Assembly (NCBI GenBank): GCA_965222605.1
Contig: OZ244960.1
Span: 1,984,001 to 2,048,000 of the forward strand
From: Candidatus Latescibacterota bacterium
Lineage (GTDB): Bacteria > Latescibacterota > UBA2968
Reading direction: 5' to 3'
DNA length: 64,000 bases
Positions 55,620-64,000 of this stretch are shown here, piece by piece. Within the stretch, counting starts at the first letter, position 1; each line of letters opens with the position of its first letter. Under the pieces are notes generated by a model that was given only the letters and a program-made list of their open reading frames with translations, did not search any database and was not told the origin of the DNA. The position numbers and the translations under genes are program-made.

Positions 55620-56955
55620 CCCGTAAGTTCCATCGGCTTTAACGATGGGGCGCATGGCGGAGGGCTTACGAATCCCTGCTTTCGCAGTGGGCATATCGCT
55701 CAAGGCGATATGGATGCGGTGCGCCAACCAGATTCTTCCTCTATTCCCACGAAAAATGACTTGACATAATATGTTCATAAATATATATTTTTCTTATGCT
55801 TAAGGCCATTAAATACAGGTTGCGCCCAACGAAAAAGCAAGAGAAAGTCCTACTGGCGCACATTGAAGAATGTCGCTTGCTGTATAACCAACTTGTCTGT
55901 GCAAGAGTGCAAGCATGGGAGAAAAAGAAAGAAAGTTTGTCGCGCTATGAGCAACAGGCGACATTGCCAATGCTGAAGCAACAGCGTATATCTTTTTCTC
56001 TTGTATACTCTCAAGTTCTTCAGCAAGTATGCCAGAGAGTAGATTGGGCGTTCAAAGGATTTTTCCGCCGTCTCAAAGAGAGGGCAAAGAAGGGCGAGAA
56101 AGCTGGCTTTCCCAGATACAAGGGTCAGAATCGCTATGATTCTATCACCTATCCTCAGTTTTCCAACGGATGCCGACTGGACGAGAAGGGCTTGCGATTG
56201 GGTAAGATAGGCTGTATTCGTGTTGTGCAACACAGACATCTTGAAGGAGTGCCCAAATCTTGCACAGTCACACGCACGGCTACTGGTAAGTGGTTCGTGT
56301 CTATCTCTTGCGATATTGGTAGTGTGCCAGAAAAACGGGATGATGGCTCTGCCATAGGCATTGACGTTGGCATTGAAAAGTTCGCCGTGTTTTCTGACGA
56401 GACAAAGGTCGCTAATCCTCGCTTTTTTCAAAAAGAGGAAAAGGCTCTTGCCAGAGCACAACGCAAGTGGGACAAAGTTAAAAAAGTGCCGCCAAAAAGA
56501 CGCGAGAGAGCACGTAAGGTTGTTGCCAGAGTGCATGAGCGTATCCGTAATAAGCGACACAATTTTGTGCATCAAGCGTCTCGAAAGATCGTGAATAAAT
56601 ACGGCTTTGTTGCCGTAGAGAAGTTGAAAGTTAAAGCGATGCAAAAGCGTCGCGGTTTGTCTAAGAGTATTTCCGACGTGGCGTGGTCACTGTTTCGGCA
56701 TTGTCTCGGATACAAAGCGGAAGAGGCTGGTATTGGATTCAAGGCCGTAAATCCTAACTATACGTCGCAAGACTGTTCAGCTTGCGGACATAGACAGAAG
56801 AAAGAACTTTCTGATCGTGTGCATCAGTGTAGGCAATGTGGTTATACCACAGACAGAGACCACAATGCTGCGATAAACATATTGACTTTGGGATTACAAA
56901 GTCAGGTGGATTGACCGCCAAGAAGCCCAACTGCTTTAGCGTTGGGAGTAATCAC
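55620..56955 (+). mobile_element. IS200/IS605-family element, tnpB-only, copy 2
   Basis: Left-end hairpin CCATCGGCTTTAACGATGG; right end GAAGCCCAACTGCTTTAGCGTTGGGAGTAATCAC. Confidence 0.88.
55796..56914 (+). CDS. tnpB: RNA-guided endonuclease TnpB
   Basis: RuvC GIDVG / AVEKL / DRDHNAAINI, zinc finger CSACG..CRQCG. Confidence 0.95.
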   Translation: MLKAIKYRLRPTKKQEKVLLAHIEECRLLYNQLVCARVQAWEKKKESLSRYEQQATLPMLKQQRISFSLVYSQVLQQVCQRVDWAFKGFFRRLKERAKKGEKAGFPRYKGQNRYDSITYPQFSNGCRLDEKGLRLGKIGCIRVVQHRHLEGVPKSCTVTRTATGKWFVSISCDIGSVPEKRDDGSAIGIDVGIEKFAVFSDETKVANPRFFQKEEKALARAQRKWDKVKKVPPKRRERARKVVARVHERIRNKRHNFVHQASRKIVNKYGFVAVEKLKVKAMQKRRGLSKSISDVAWSLFRHCLGYKAEEAGIGFKAVNPNYTSQDCSACGHRQKKELSDRVHQCRQCGYTTDRDHNAAINILTLGLQSQVD

Positions 56956-56976
56956 TTTTAGAACTGAGGACATACC

Positions 56977-57216
56977 ATGCCAAACTTAGACCGCATTGAA
57001 ATCAATCCCAAGGTGATGATGGGAAAACCCGTGGTGAGGGGGACGCGCATTCCAGTGGACCTGATTTTGAGAAAACTGGGGGAAGGAGCGTCAGAAGACG
57101 ATTTGCTTGACGCTTATCCCCGGCTCACATTAGAAGATATACGCGCTGCATTGCATTATGCAGCCGCTACACTTGCCCATGAAGAAACGGTTTTTGTAAC
57201 ACCCGTGAGATCGTGA
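56977..57216 (+). CDS. DUF433-family antitoxin
   Basis: RIEINPKVMMGKPVVRGTRIPV...LLDAYPRLTLEDIRAALHYAA. Confidence 0.92.
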   Translation: MPNLDRIEINPKVMMGKPVVRGTRIPVDLILRKLGEGASEDDLLDAYPRLTLEDIRAALHYAAATLAHEETVFVTPVRS

Positions 57217-57220
57217 TCTG

Positions 57221-57580
57221 ATAAATTTTCTCGCCGATGAAAGTTGTGATTTTGCTGTGGTAAGAGCATTGCGGAATGAAGGATATAATGTAATAGCTGT
57301 AGCAGAAGTGACACCCGCAGCAGATGATGAAGATATTATTGGCCTTGCTTACAGTGAGGCCAAAATTCTTTTGACAGAAGACAAAGATTTTGGACGACTG
57401 GTTTATGCCCATGCACATCCTTCAGGTGGCGTAATCTTAATCCGTTTCCCTTCAAATATCCGTCGCACCTTGCCCAAAGTTATTTTGGATTTGGTGCGCG
57501 ATATGAAACAGCGATTAGTGGGTTGTTTTGTTGTCGTTGAACCCGGGCATATTCGTATCAACAGGAGTACTGTTGAATAA
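57221..57580 (+). pseudogene. DUF5615-type PIN toxin with ATA in place of the start codon
   Basis: ATA-NFLADESCDFAVVRALR...DDEDI...LLTEDKDFG; the first canonical start (GTG 57257) lies after the conserved FLADE motif. Confidence 0.65.
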
Positions 57581-57636
57581 GGAGCAAGTCATTTGAAAGC
57601 AGTTGGTAAGTTTCAAATAGGGGTGTTTTATGTTAT

Positions 57637-57822
57637 ATGTTGAATGAATCACCATATAGAAAACCGAATCATGGCATGATCACTGGCCTTGCCGACAAAT
57701 ACTTTGTCGATGTCAAACAGTTGGTGATGGTTGGAGATACAGAAATTGACCAGCAGGCGGCTCAAAATGCCGATATTGGTCGTTTCATTTGGGCCAGGGA
57801 CTTCTTTGAAAGACAAGACTGA
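57637..57822 (+). pseudogene. C-terminal remnant of a HAD-IIIA (GmhB-like) phosphatase
   Basis: RKPNHGMI...MVGDTEIDQQAA..A motif; N-terminal DxD motif absent. Confidence 0.7.
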
Positions 57823-58529
57823 ACTCCTGATGAGAGGAAAAACAAACATGTGGACGCCGGTTGAGACTCAATTTTACGCCAAACAGAACCCCATTGGCAT
57901 AATAAACATCGGAGACTTTCAAAAAGCTCATACAATCCGAACATTTGCTGAAGAGCTAAACCTGGCAGTCAGATTCTATGGAATCGGAACACCGGGTGAT
58001 TTATAGGTCTCATTGCAAACCGCGAAAATATTAACCGAATGTCCCCTACCGAGAAATCATGGATACGATACCCCGCATAGTCAGGATAGAAGCCGATGAT
58101 TCTTACTCTGCCGGCGTCCGACTGGGCGAGAGTCTCGGCCATAGTTTTGGGGCCTACCTTGAAGATTACCTTGCTGCCCGAATTCTGGCAGCGAAGAACT
58201 GTACTAAGTCCTCGGAAACTCATGCTGTAGCGTGGATCAATGCTCTACCCCAGCATATATGTGACAGGTTTCGGGGCCTCTCCAAAGGAAGCGGGATCCC
58301 GTTCGAGCGCATAGCAAACTGGGGTTATCTGGAGATTGCGCTCAGTCAGGGCTGTAGCAGTATCATCTGTCGGTCCAAAGGCAAAATCTGGATTGGTCAC
58401 AACAACGATACCTTTGTACCCGAGCTATGGGGATACATCACCGTCCTGGCGATCAAGGGCCGCATCCCAACCATGTATTTCGGGCTTGCGGGAGATATCT
58501 GGGCGACCGCTGGATTCAATAAGGCGAAG

Positions 58530-59996
58530 GACGATGTGCCTATCTTAGTTGAAATAGTAGAGGCTCCAATGTAAATTGGATACAGCAAATTCACCGCAGA
58601 AAACGCTGTGTCCTCAACCAAAGGAGCCCGTGATGAAAAAAGTATCGCACAACGCCCCCAAAGTCAAGGCCATCCACAAAGACGATGCAACGCCAGAGAC
58701 CCCCCTTGAAGAAGAACTGGGCGCACTGGATACACGCATCGCGTTGATCCAGGCCTTGATCCCATTAGGATTAGACGCCGTGGCAGAAGAATTGCAAGAA
58801 GAAGTGACCCGCTTGGCAGGTCACAGATACACACGCAAAGACACCCAAAACCCCAATCGTCGGTGGGGCAGTCAACAAGGCTCGGTGTATCTAAGCGATC
58901 AGAAAGTGCCCATACCTGTTCCCAGGGTACGTAATGTCGTGACCGAGGAGGAAGTCTCCTTACAGACCTATCATCATCTTCAGCGTCCCCGACATATGGA
59001 TGAAGGGCTGCTCCTTCGTATGATAAAAGGCATTGCCACACGCGCTTATCAAGCCTGTGCTGAGGCGATACCCGAAGCCTTTGGGCTCTCCTCATCTACC
59101 GTATCGAGACGCTTTATCAAGGCGTCGGCACAAAAGTTGAAGCAGTTTCAAAATCGGTCTTTAGCACAGTATGACCTCGTCGCCCTGTTTATAGATGGCA
59201 AGACCTTTGCAGACGAGGAGATGATCATTGCCCTTGGCGTGACCATAAAAGGAGACAAAATCCCACTCGGCTTTATCCAGGCCGCCACCGAGAACGAGCG
59301 CGTCTGTCGGCAGTTTATACGGTCTCTCCTAAAGCGTGATCTGGTCTATCACAAGGGCCTGCTGTGTCTTATTGACGGCTCGAAAGGCTTGTATGCTGCC
59401 CTTACAAAGGCACTTTCTGGCTATGTGGTTATTCAACGTAAAGAGTGGCACAAACGCGAGAACGTCACTTCCTATCTGCCCAAAGGCAAACAAGATGAGA
59501 TCAAAAAGGCCCTCCAAAATGCCTACGATCTGCCCACCTATCGGGAAGCTAAAGCTGCTCTTGATGCCCTTAAACCTGAATTGACTTTGATCAACGAAGA
59601 CGCGACAAAAAGCCTTGAAGAAGGTCTTGAAGAAACCCTGAGCTTACATCGCTTGGGACTCATGCCGCAGTTGAAGCAGTCCTTTCGTACTACCAACTGC
59701 ATTGAGTCCCTTAACTCAATGGTGGCACAAATCACCAGGGATGGTGTACAACGTGTCGCTTTCCAGACACGTTCATGTGAAGCGATGGACAAACTCGAAT
59801 CAACGCACACGCTGGTTGGCCACTGCGCTGTTGGATATTGAACCGCGCTTGCGAAGGGTTAAAGGCTTCCGAAGCCTGCCCACGCTCAGGCGCGCGCTTC
59901 AAAAGGACTTGAAGATAGATACGGACTGGCAAGACGCGCTTGCTGCTGATTGAAACCACCGGCCTCGATTATTTCAACTAAAAATAGGACTTGACC
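58530..59996 (+). mobile_element. IS256-family insertion sequence with an 8-bp target-site duplication
   Basis: AGGCGAAG at 58522-58529 and 59997-60004; imperfect terminal IRs ending TTAGTTGAAAT. Confidence 0.92.
58633..59953 (+). pseudogene. IS256 (Mutator-type) transposase, frameshifted near the C-terminus
   Basis: LFIDGK, LIDGSKGL, WHKREN and RTTNCIESLN motifs; C-terminus HVKRW...RW...EPRLRRVKG in another frame after a 34-nt insert. Confidence 0.85.
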
Positions 59997-60584
59997 AGGC
60001 GAAGCTCTAGCTGCACGTTGACCACTTGCGGGTGACCGATAGGCCAGATAACGGCAAAGTCATTCTACCGACGTATGGCTTCATCGTTGAAGCTCTGGAG
60101 ACGTGTGAAACCATTGATGATGTGCAGGATCTCCTGAACGAAATTGACAGAACAGAAGGTATGATCCTGATCGCTGCGGATGGCAAAACAGATGAAGCAG
60201 CCATCTTTGAATGCTCATGTTCCAAATGGAGACTGGAGAGAGTCAAAACGGATTGGGCCGTGAGAACAAACCACGCCATGATAGGACGAGGGAGCAAAAA
60301 GACAGGAAAGCGACCACTCGACACCTGGAGCAGATACAATCGCCTGGCGCAACTTCTCGAAAACACCTGCAATAGCGGCGGGGACCCAACACCATCGGAC
60401 TTGAAGACATATCTCGCCGACGACGGAGTGGAGCGAAGAAGCGAGGCGTTCGCAACCGCATATTCAGTCGTGGTATGCCCCGCTACCAGCCGGATTGAGT
60501 TCACACTGGGCGGACAACCAGCGGCCAGTTGTGGGAACTGGTCGCATATTGCGTGGCTCTGGCACTAAGAGCTTGCTGGAGATT

Positions 60585-60609
60585 TGTCAACCAAAACGGG
60601 TCAAGTCCA
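60585..60609. mobile_element. Orphan IS3-like terminal inverted repeat
   Basis: Reverse complement TGGACTTGACCCGTTTTGGTTGACA resembles IS3-family ends; no partner or transposase in the window. Confidence 0.4.
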
Positions 60610-60658
60610 ATCAGTTTATAGCGTCGTAGTACTAAAGAAAAAAAAGAAAGGCTACATA

Positions 60659-63058
60659 ATGATCGGTAGATATTTTGTCATTACTTTAAGGCGAACATTC
60701 AGAGATAAAACCTTCTCTTTGATCAATTTAATAGGACTTTCTATTAGCATGGCAAGCGTAATACTCATTATGGTATTTATGTTTAATGAGTTGACCTTCG
60801 ACACCTTCCATAAAAACTCTGATCGCATATTCAGAGTGTTGAGAGAAACTGAATCCTTAGCAGGAGCACCCCAGATTTCACCAGGGACCTCAGGCCTGTT
60901 GGGGCAGAGTTTAGTGGCAGATATTCCTGAAATTGAGAAAGTTACTCGTTTTTTTAGAATTAGCAAAAACTGGGCAACCAACGAAGAGAAGGGATTTTTT
61001 GTAGAATTTTGTGCTGTTGATCAAGAATTTTTGCAGATATTTTCTTTTCCTTTCAAGATTGGCGATCCAACAACCGCATTGAAAGACAAATTCTCTGTCG
61101 TTATAACAGAAGAAACGGCAGAAAAATTTTTCCCCAATGAAAATCCCATTGGTAAAACAATCTCTGTTGATGGCAGGTATTTTGGCGGAGATTATTTTGT
61201 CTCTGGCGTTGTAAAAGATATACCGCAAAACTCCTCTCTGCATTTTGACATATTGACATCTACTGTTCACAATGAAATACCATTGACCGCCTGGGAGAGA
61301 TGGCAACCAAATACATCCTGGCGACCAATCCAGACATTTGTCATGTTGTCTGATGCTGCGTCTCTGAAAAACATAGATACCAAACTTCAGAACCTTTTAA
61401 ATCGTTATATGGGACCTGATGTAAGTGAACGCAATCGATATATTCTCCAACCTCTGGAAAGAATGTATTTATACTCTAACCTTGAATATGGAATTAGAAG
61501 CGGTGGGGACATTACATACGTCTATATTTTTTCGGCAATCGCAATATTTATCGTACTTATTGCCAGCTTTAACTTTGTAAATCTATCTATAGCGCGATCT
61601 TCTGCCAGACTAAAAGAAATTGGCGTGAGAAAAACCGTCGGTGCCCATAAGAGTAGCCTCATTTTTCAATTTATAGCCGAAGCTGTTTTTACGGCATTTT
61701 GTTCTTCTCTTCTGGCCTTTTGTATTGTAGAAATCTCTCTTCCTTATCTGGATAGCTACATAAATCAAGAAGCCAAATTGGAATTCAGCGGACATCTATT
61801 ATTTTTTATAACATTTCTTACAGCCCTTGCTATAGGTACCATATCCGGACTTTACCCTGCGCTTTTCCTGGCATCTTTTCATCCCGTCCAAATACTAAGA
61901 CGTGAACTCCAGTTTAATAACTCTGGAAAATGGCTGAGAAATGGCTCTTTAATTTTTCAATTTGCTGCTTCTGTTGTACTTATCATCAGTACGATTGTCG
62001 TTTATGAACAAATGGCGTTTATTCAAAACAAGGCGTTGGGATTTGATAAAGAGCATATTGTCGTATTACCTCTTTTTACGACTGACCGCTCTCTAAATGA
62101 GCGATATCGAGTTATTAAGCAGGAATTTTTGAAACACCCCAATGTGATCTCTGCATCTGCATCCAATTCTACTATCGCCTGGTTTGGTGGTGCATTCCAT
62201 ACTGTCTATCCCGAAGGTTTTCAAGGTAGCGAATGGCAGATGAGAATATTGGGTGTTGACGAAGACTTTATAGATTTGTATGGGATAACACTGTCAAAAG
62301 GCCGGAACTTTTCAGCGGAGATCCCAGGTGATGCGACAGAAGCTTATATCTTAAATGAAACAGCAGTTGAGCAACTTGGGTGGCAAAATCCGATAGGAAA
62401 ACAGTTCGAATGGGTATATTGGAAGCGAAAGGGCGTTGTGATTGGTATTGTTGAGAATTTTCATAACCGATCTCTCAAAGAACCCATCAGGCCAATTGCT
62501 TTATGTATGTGGCAGCCCAAGTACAATCTTCTTTCTCTAAAAATTAGGGGTGAAAATATCAAAGATACAATGGCTTTTTTGGAGGATCAATGGAGCCGAT
62601 TTATTCCCGACAAACCATTCGAAGCCGCCTTTTTAGATGAACACCTGAACCAGCTATATCAAAATGACATTAAGTTCGGGCGTATATTTGGTGTATTTGC
62701 ATTGCTTGCCATTTTTATCGCCTGTTTGGGCATGTTGGGCATGGTATCTTATGCTTTAGAAAGAAGAACAAAAGAGATTGGAATTCGAAAAATTTTGGGC
62801 GCTTCGGCCTGGCACATTATTGTCCTGATTTTCTCCGAGTTTTTCGGAATCCTTGTTGTTGCTAATTTATTTGCGTGGTTAATTGCATTTCTTTTGATGG
62901 ATAATTGGTTGCTTTCATTTGCTTACAGGATTGAACTGTCACCTCATACTTTTGCCCTGGGAACGCTATTTGCAATTGCAATTACTTTTGCAACTGTAGC
63001 CTGGCATTTGATACAGGCCGCCTCAAAAAATCCCATTGACGAAATAAGATATGAATAG
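60659..63058 (+). CDS. MacB/FtsX-type ABC permease, paralog 5
   Basis: INLIGLSI, NPIGK, LQPLERMYLY, RTKEIGIRKILGAS, NPIDEIRYE. Confidence 0.93.
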   Translation: MIGRYFVITLRRTFRDKTFSLINLIGLSISMASVILIMVFMFNELTFDTFHKNSDRIFRVLRETESLAGAPQISPGTSGLLGQSLVADIPEIEKVTRFFRISKNWATNEEKGFFVEFCAVDQEFLQIFSFPFKIGDPTTALKDKFSVVITEETAEKFFPNENPIGKTISVDGRYFGGDYFVSGVVKDIPQNSSLHFDILTSTVHNEIPLTAWERWQPNTSWRPIQTFVMLSDAASLKNIDTKLQNLLNRYMGPDVSERNRYILQPLERMYLYSNLEYGIRSGGDITYVYIFSAIAIFIVLIASFNFVNLSIARSSARLKEIGVRKTVGAHKSSLIFQFIAEAVFTAFCSSLLAFCIVEISLPYLDSYINQEAKLEFSGHLLFFITFLTALAIGTISGLYPALFLASFHPVQILRRELQFNNSGKWLRNGSLIFQFAASVVLIISTIVVYEQMAFIQNKALGFDKEHIVVLPLFTTDRSLNERYRVIKQEFLKHPNVISASASNSTIAWFGGAFHTVYPEGFQGSEWQMRILGVDEDFIDLYGITLSKGRNFSAEIPGDATEAYILNETAVEQLGWQNPIGKQFEWVYWKRKGVVIGIVENFHNRSLKEPIRPIALCMWQPKYNLLSLKIRGENIKDTMAFLEDQWSRFIPDKPFEAAFLDEHLNQLYQNDIKFGRIFGVFALLAIFIACLGMLGMVSYALERRTKEIGIRKILGASAWHIIVLIFSEFFGILVVANLFAWLIAFLLMDNWLLSFAYRIELSPHTFALGTLFAIAITFATVAWHLIQAASKNPIDEIRYE

Positions 63059-63128
63059 ACATGGAATCAAGGGAAACGACATAATGGGGTTGGTTTGACT
63101 GTCCTTTTTAAAACGCGGAGGGGCATTA

Positions 63129-64000
63129 ATGTTCAAAAACTATCTCGTCATCACGATTCGCCATTTGCTCAAATACAAAATGTACTCAGCGATCAATATT
63201 GTTGGGCTGGGTATTGGCATAGGGTGTGTCATATTGATCGGTCTATTTGTGCAAAACGAGTTGGCCGTTAACACACAACATCCACATACTGATCGCTTAT
63301 ATCGGGTCATTGGTGAGTTTCGATCAGAAAATGGTCAGAAAACATACGACTGGCGCATTTCGGGTGCAGTAGGCCCCACTCTGGCACGCGATTTTCCCGA
63401 AGTTGAAATCTCCACACGAACAATGCTTCGCCAAGCCTGGGTGCAGCATAAAGAGAAAGTCTTGAATCGGGTATTTTGTCTCGCCGACCCGAATTGCCTG
63501 GATATGTTTAACTTTCCAATGATACAGGGTGACAAGTCCGCTCTTTTACAGCATAATTCTGTTTTTATCACCGAATCTATGGCACGCGATTACTTTGGCG
63601 ATCAAGATCCCATCGGCAAAGTGGTTACTGTCGAAGGGGCCTATATCGGGGGCGATTATACTGTCGCGGGTGTGCTTAAAGATTTGCCCAGGCGATCTTC
63701 GATTCGTTTTGACATGCTTTCAGTCTCTGTCTGGCCTGCTTTTCTTTTTCAATACTGGAATGCCTATTTGCCAACAGCACATTGGCGAGGCGGAATCACG
63801 GTCCACGTACGGTTAAAAGAAAACACGGCAGTTGAAAAATTGGCTTTAAAAATACCCGCGATGGTAGAACAGTATATGGGACCGGAAATGGTAGCACGCA
63901 CGACGTATCACTTCCAGCCCATGGATGAAGTGCATTTGTACTCGCGACGCGATTATGGACTTCAGGACGTATTCGACATTCAAGGGCCAGTGATATATGG
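63129..64000 (+). CDS. MacB/FtsX-type ABC permease, paralog 6 (runs off the window edge)
   Basis: Manual translation MFKNYLVITIRHLLKYKMYSAINIVGLGIG...YDWRISGAVGP...DPIGK...FQPMDEVHLYS; most similar to paralog 2. Confidence 0.9.
   Translation, partial: MFKNYLVITIRHLLKYKMYSAINIVGLGIGIGCVILIGLFVQNELAVNTQHPHTDRLYRVIGEFRSENGQKTYDWRISGAVGPTLARDFPEVEISTRTMLRQAWVQHKEKVLNRVFCLADPNCLDMFNFPMIQGDKSALLQHNSVFITESMARDYFGDQDPIGKVVTVEGAYIGGDYTVAGVLKDLPRRSSIRFDMLSVSVWPAFLFQYWNAYLPTAHWRGGITVHVRLKENTAVEKLALKIPAMVEQYMGPEMVARTTYHFQPMDEVHLYSRRDYGLQDVFDIQGPVIY

Larger units (their letters stand above)
58059..60568 (+). pseudogene. C45-family Ntn hydrolase (acyl-CoA:6-APA acyltransferase-like) interrupted by IS256
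   Basis: GCSS...IGHNND N-terminal half and RTNH...SRYNRL C-terminal half; rejoining across the TSD reads GFNKAKL*LHVDHL (TAG at 60008). Confidence 0.8.

Noticed and set aside
37428-60658. Classical integron with attC sites
   Set aside because: No tyrosine integrase in the window, and I could not find repeated RYYYAAC...GTTRRRY paired boxes after the cargo stop codons

Overview
This is a gene-dense bacterial window. The gene content (TonB-receptor/PorV cassettes, GWxTD and DUF6785-type proteins, PhyH dioxygenases, sulfatase, ankyrin protein, expanded MacB/FtsX permeases) suggests an FCB-group organism such as Latescibacterota or Gemmatimonadota, possibly a sponge symbiont; this is inference only. 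It has three parts. (1) 1-8.9 kb: housekeeping and catabolic genes (MFS, aldo/keto reductase, ssb, creatininase-like, PhyH, DUF1080, class III aminotransferase, SDR, a PIN toxin-antitoxin pair) with REP-like palindromes. (2) 9-32.4 kb: a PUL-like envelope locus with two parallel cassettes of TonB-dependent receptor + secreted protein with a T9SS-type C-terminal domain + its own PorV-family barrel, plus a sulfatase, an OM barrel, two DUF6785-like inner-membrane proteins, a TPR-GWxTD protein and a tnpB-only IS200/IS605 element. (3) 33.5-64 kb: an ECF sigma factor fused to a DUF1080-like domain, divergent from a sigma54-type promoter that heads a ~29 kb, entirely plus-strand array. The array holds six ATPase-less MacB/FtsX permease paralogs interleaved with small detoxification-type genes, toxin-antitoxin modules whose toxins are disabled, gene remnants, a second tnpB element and an IS256. 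The best candidates for an undescribed system are the TBDR-cargo-PorV cassettes and the sigma54-headed permease/cargo array. I saw no rRNA, tRNA or CRISPR array. All family calls come from motif recognition by eye, not from database searches.
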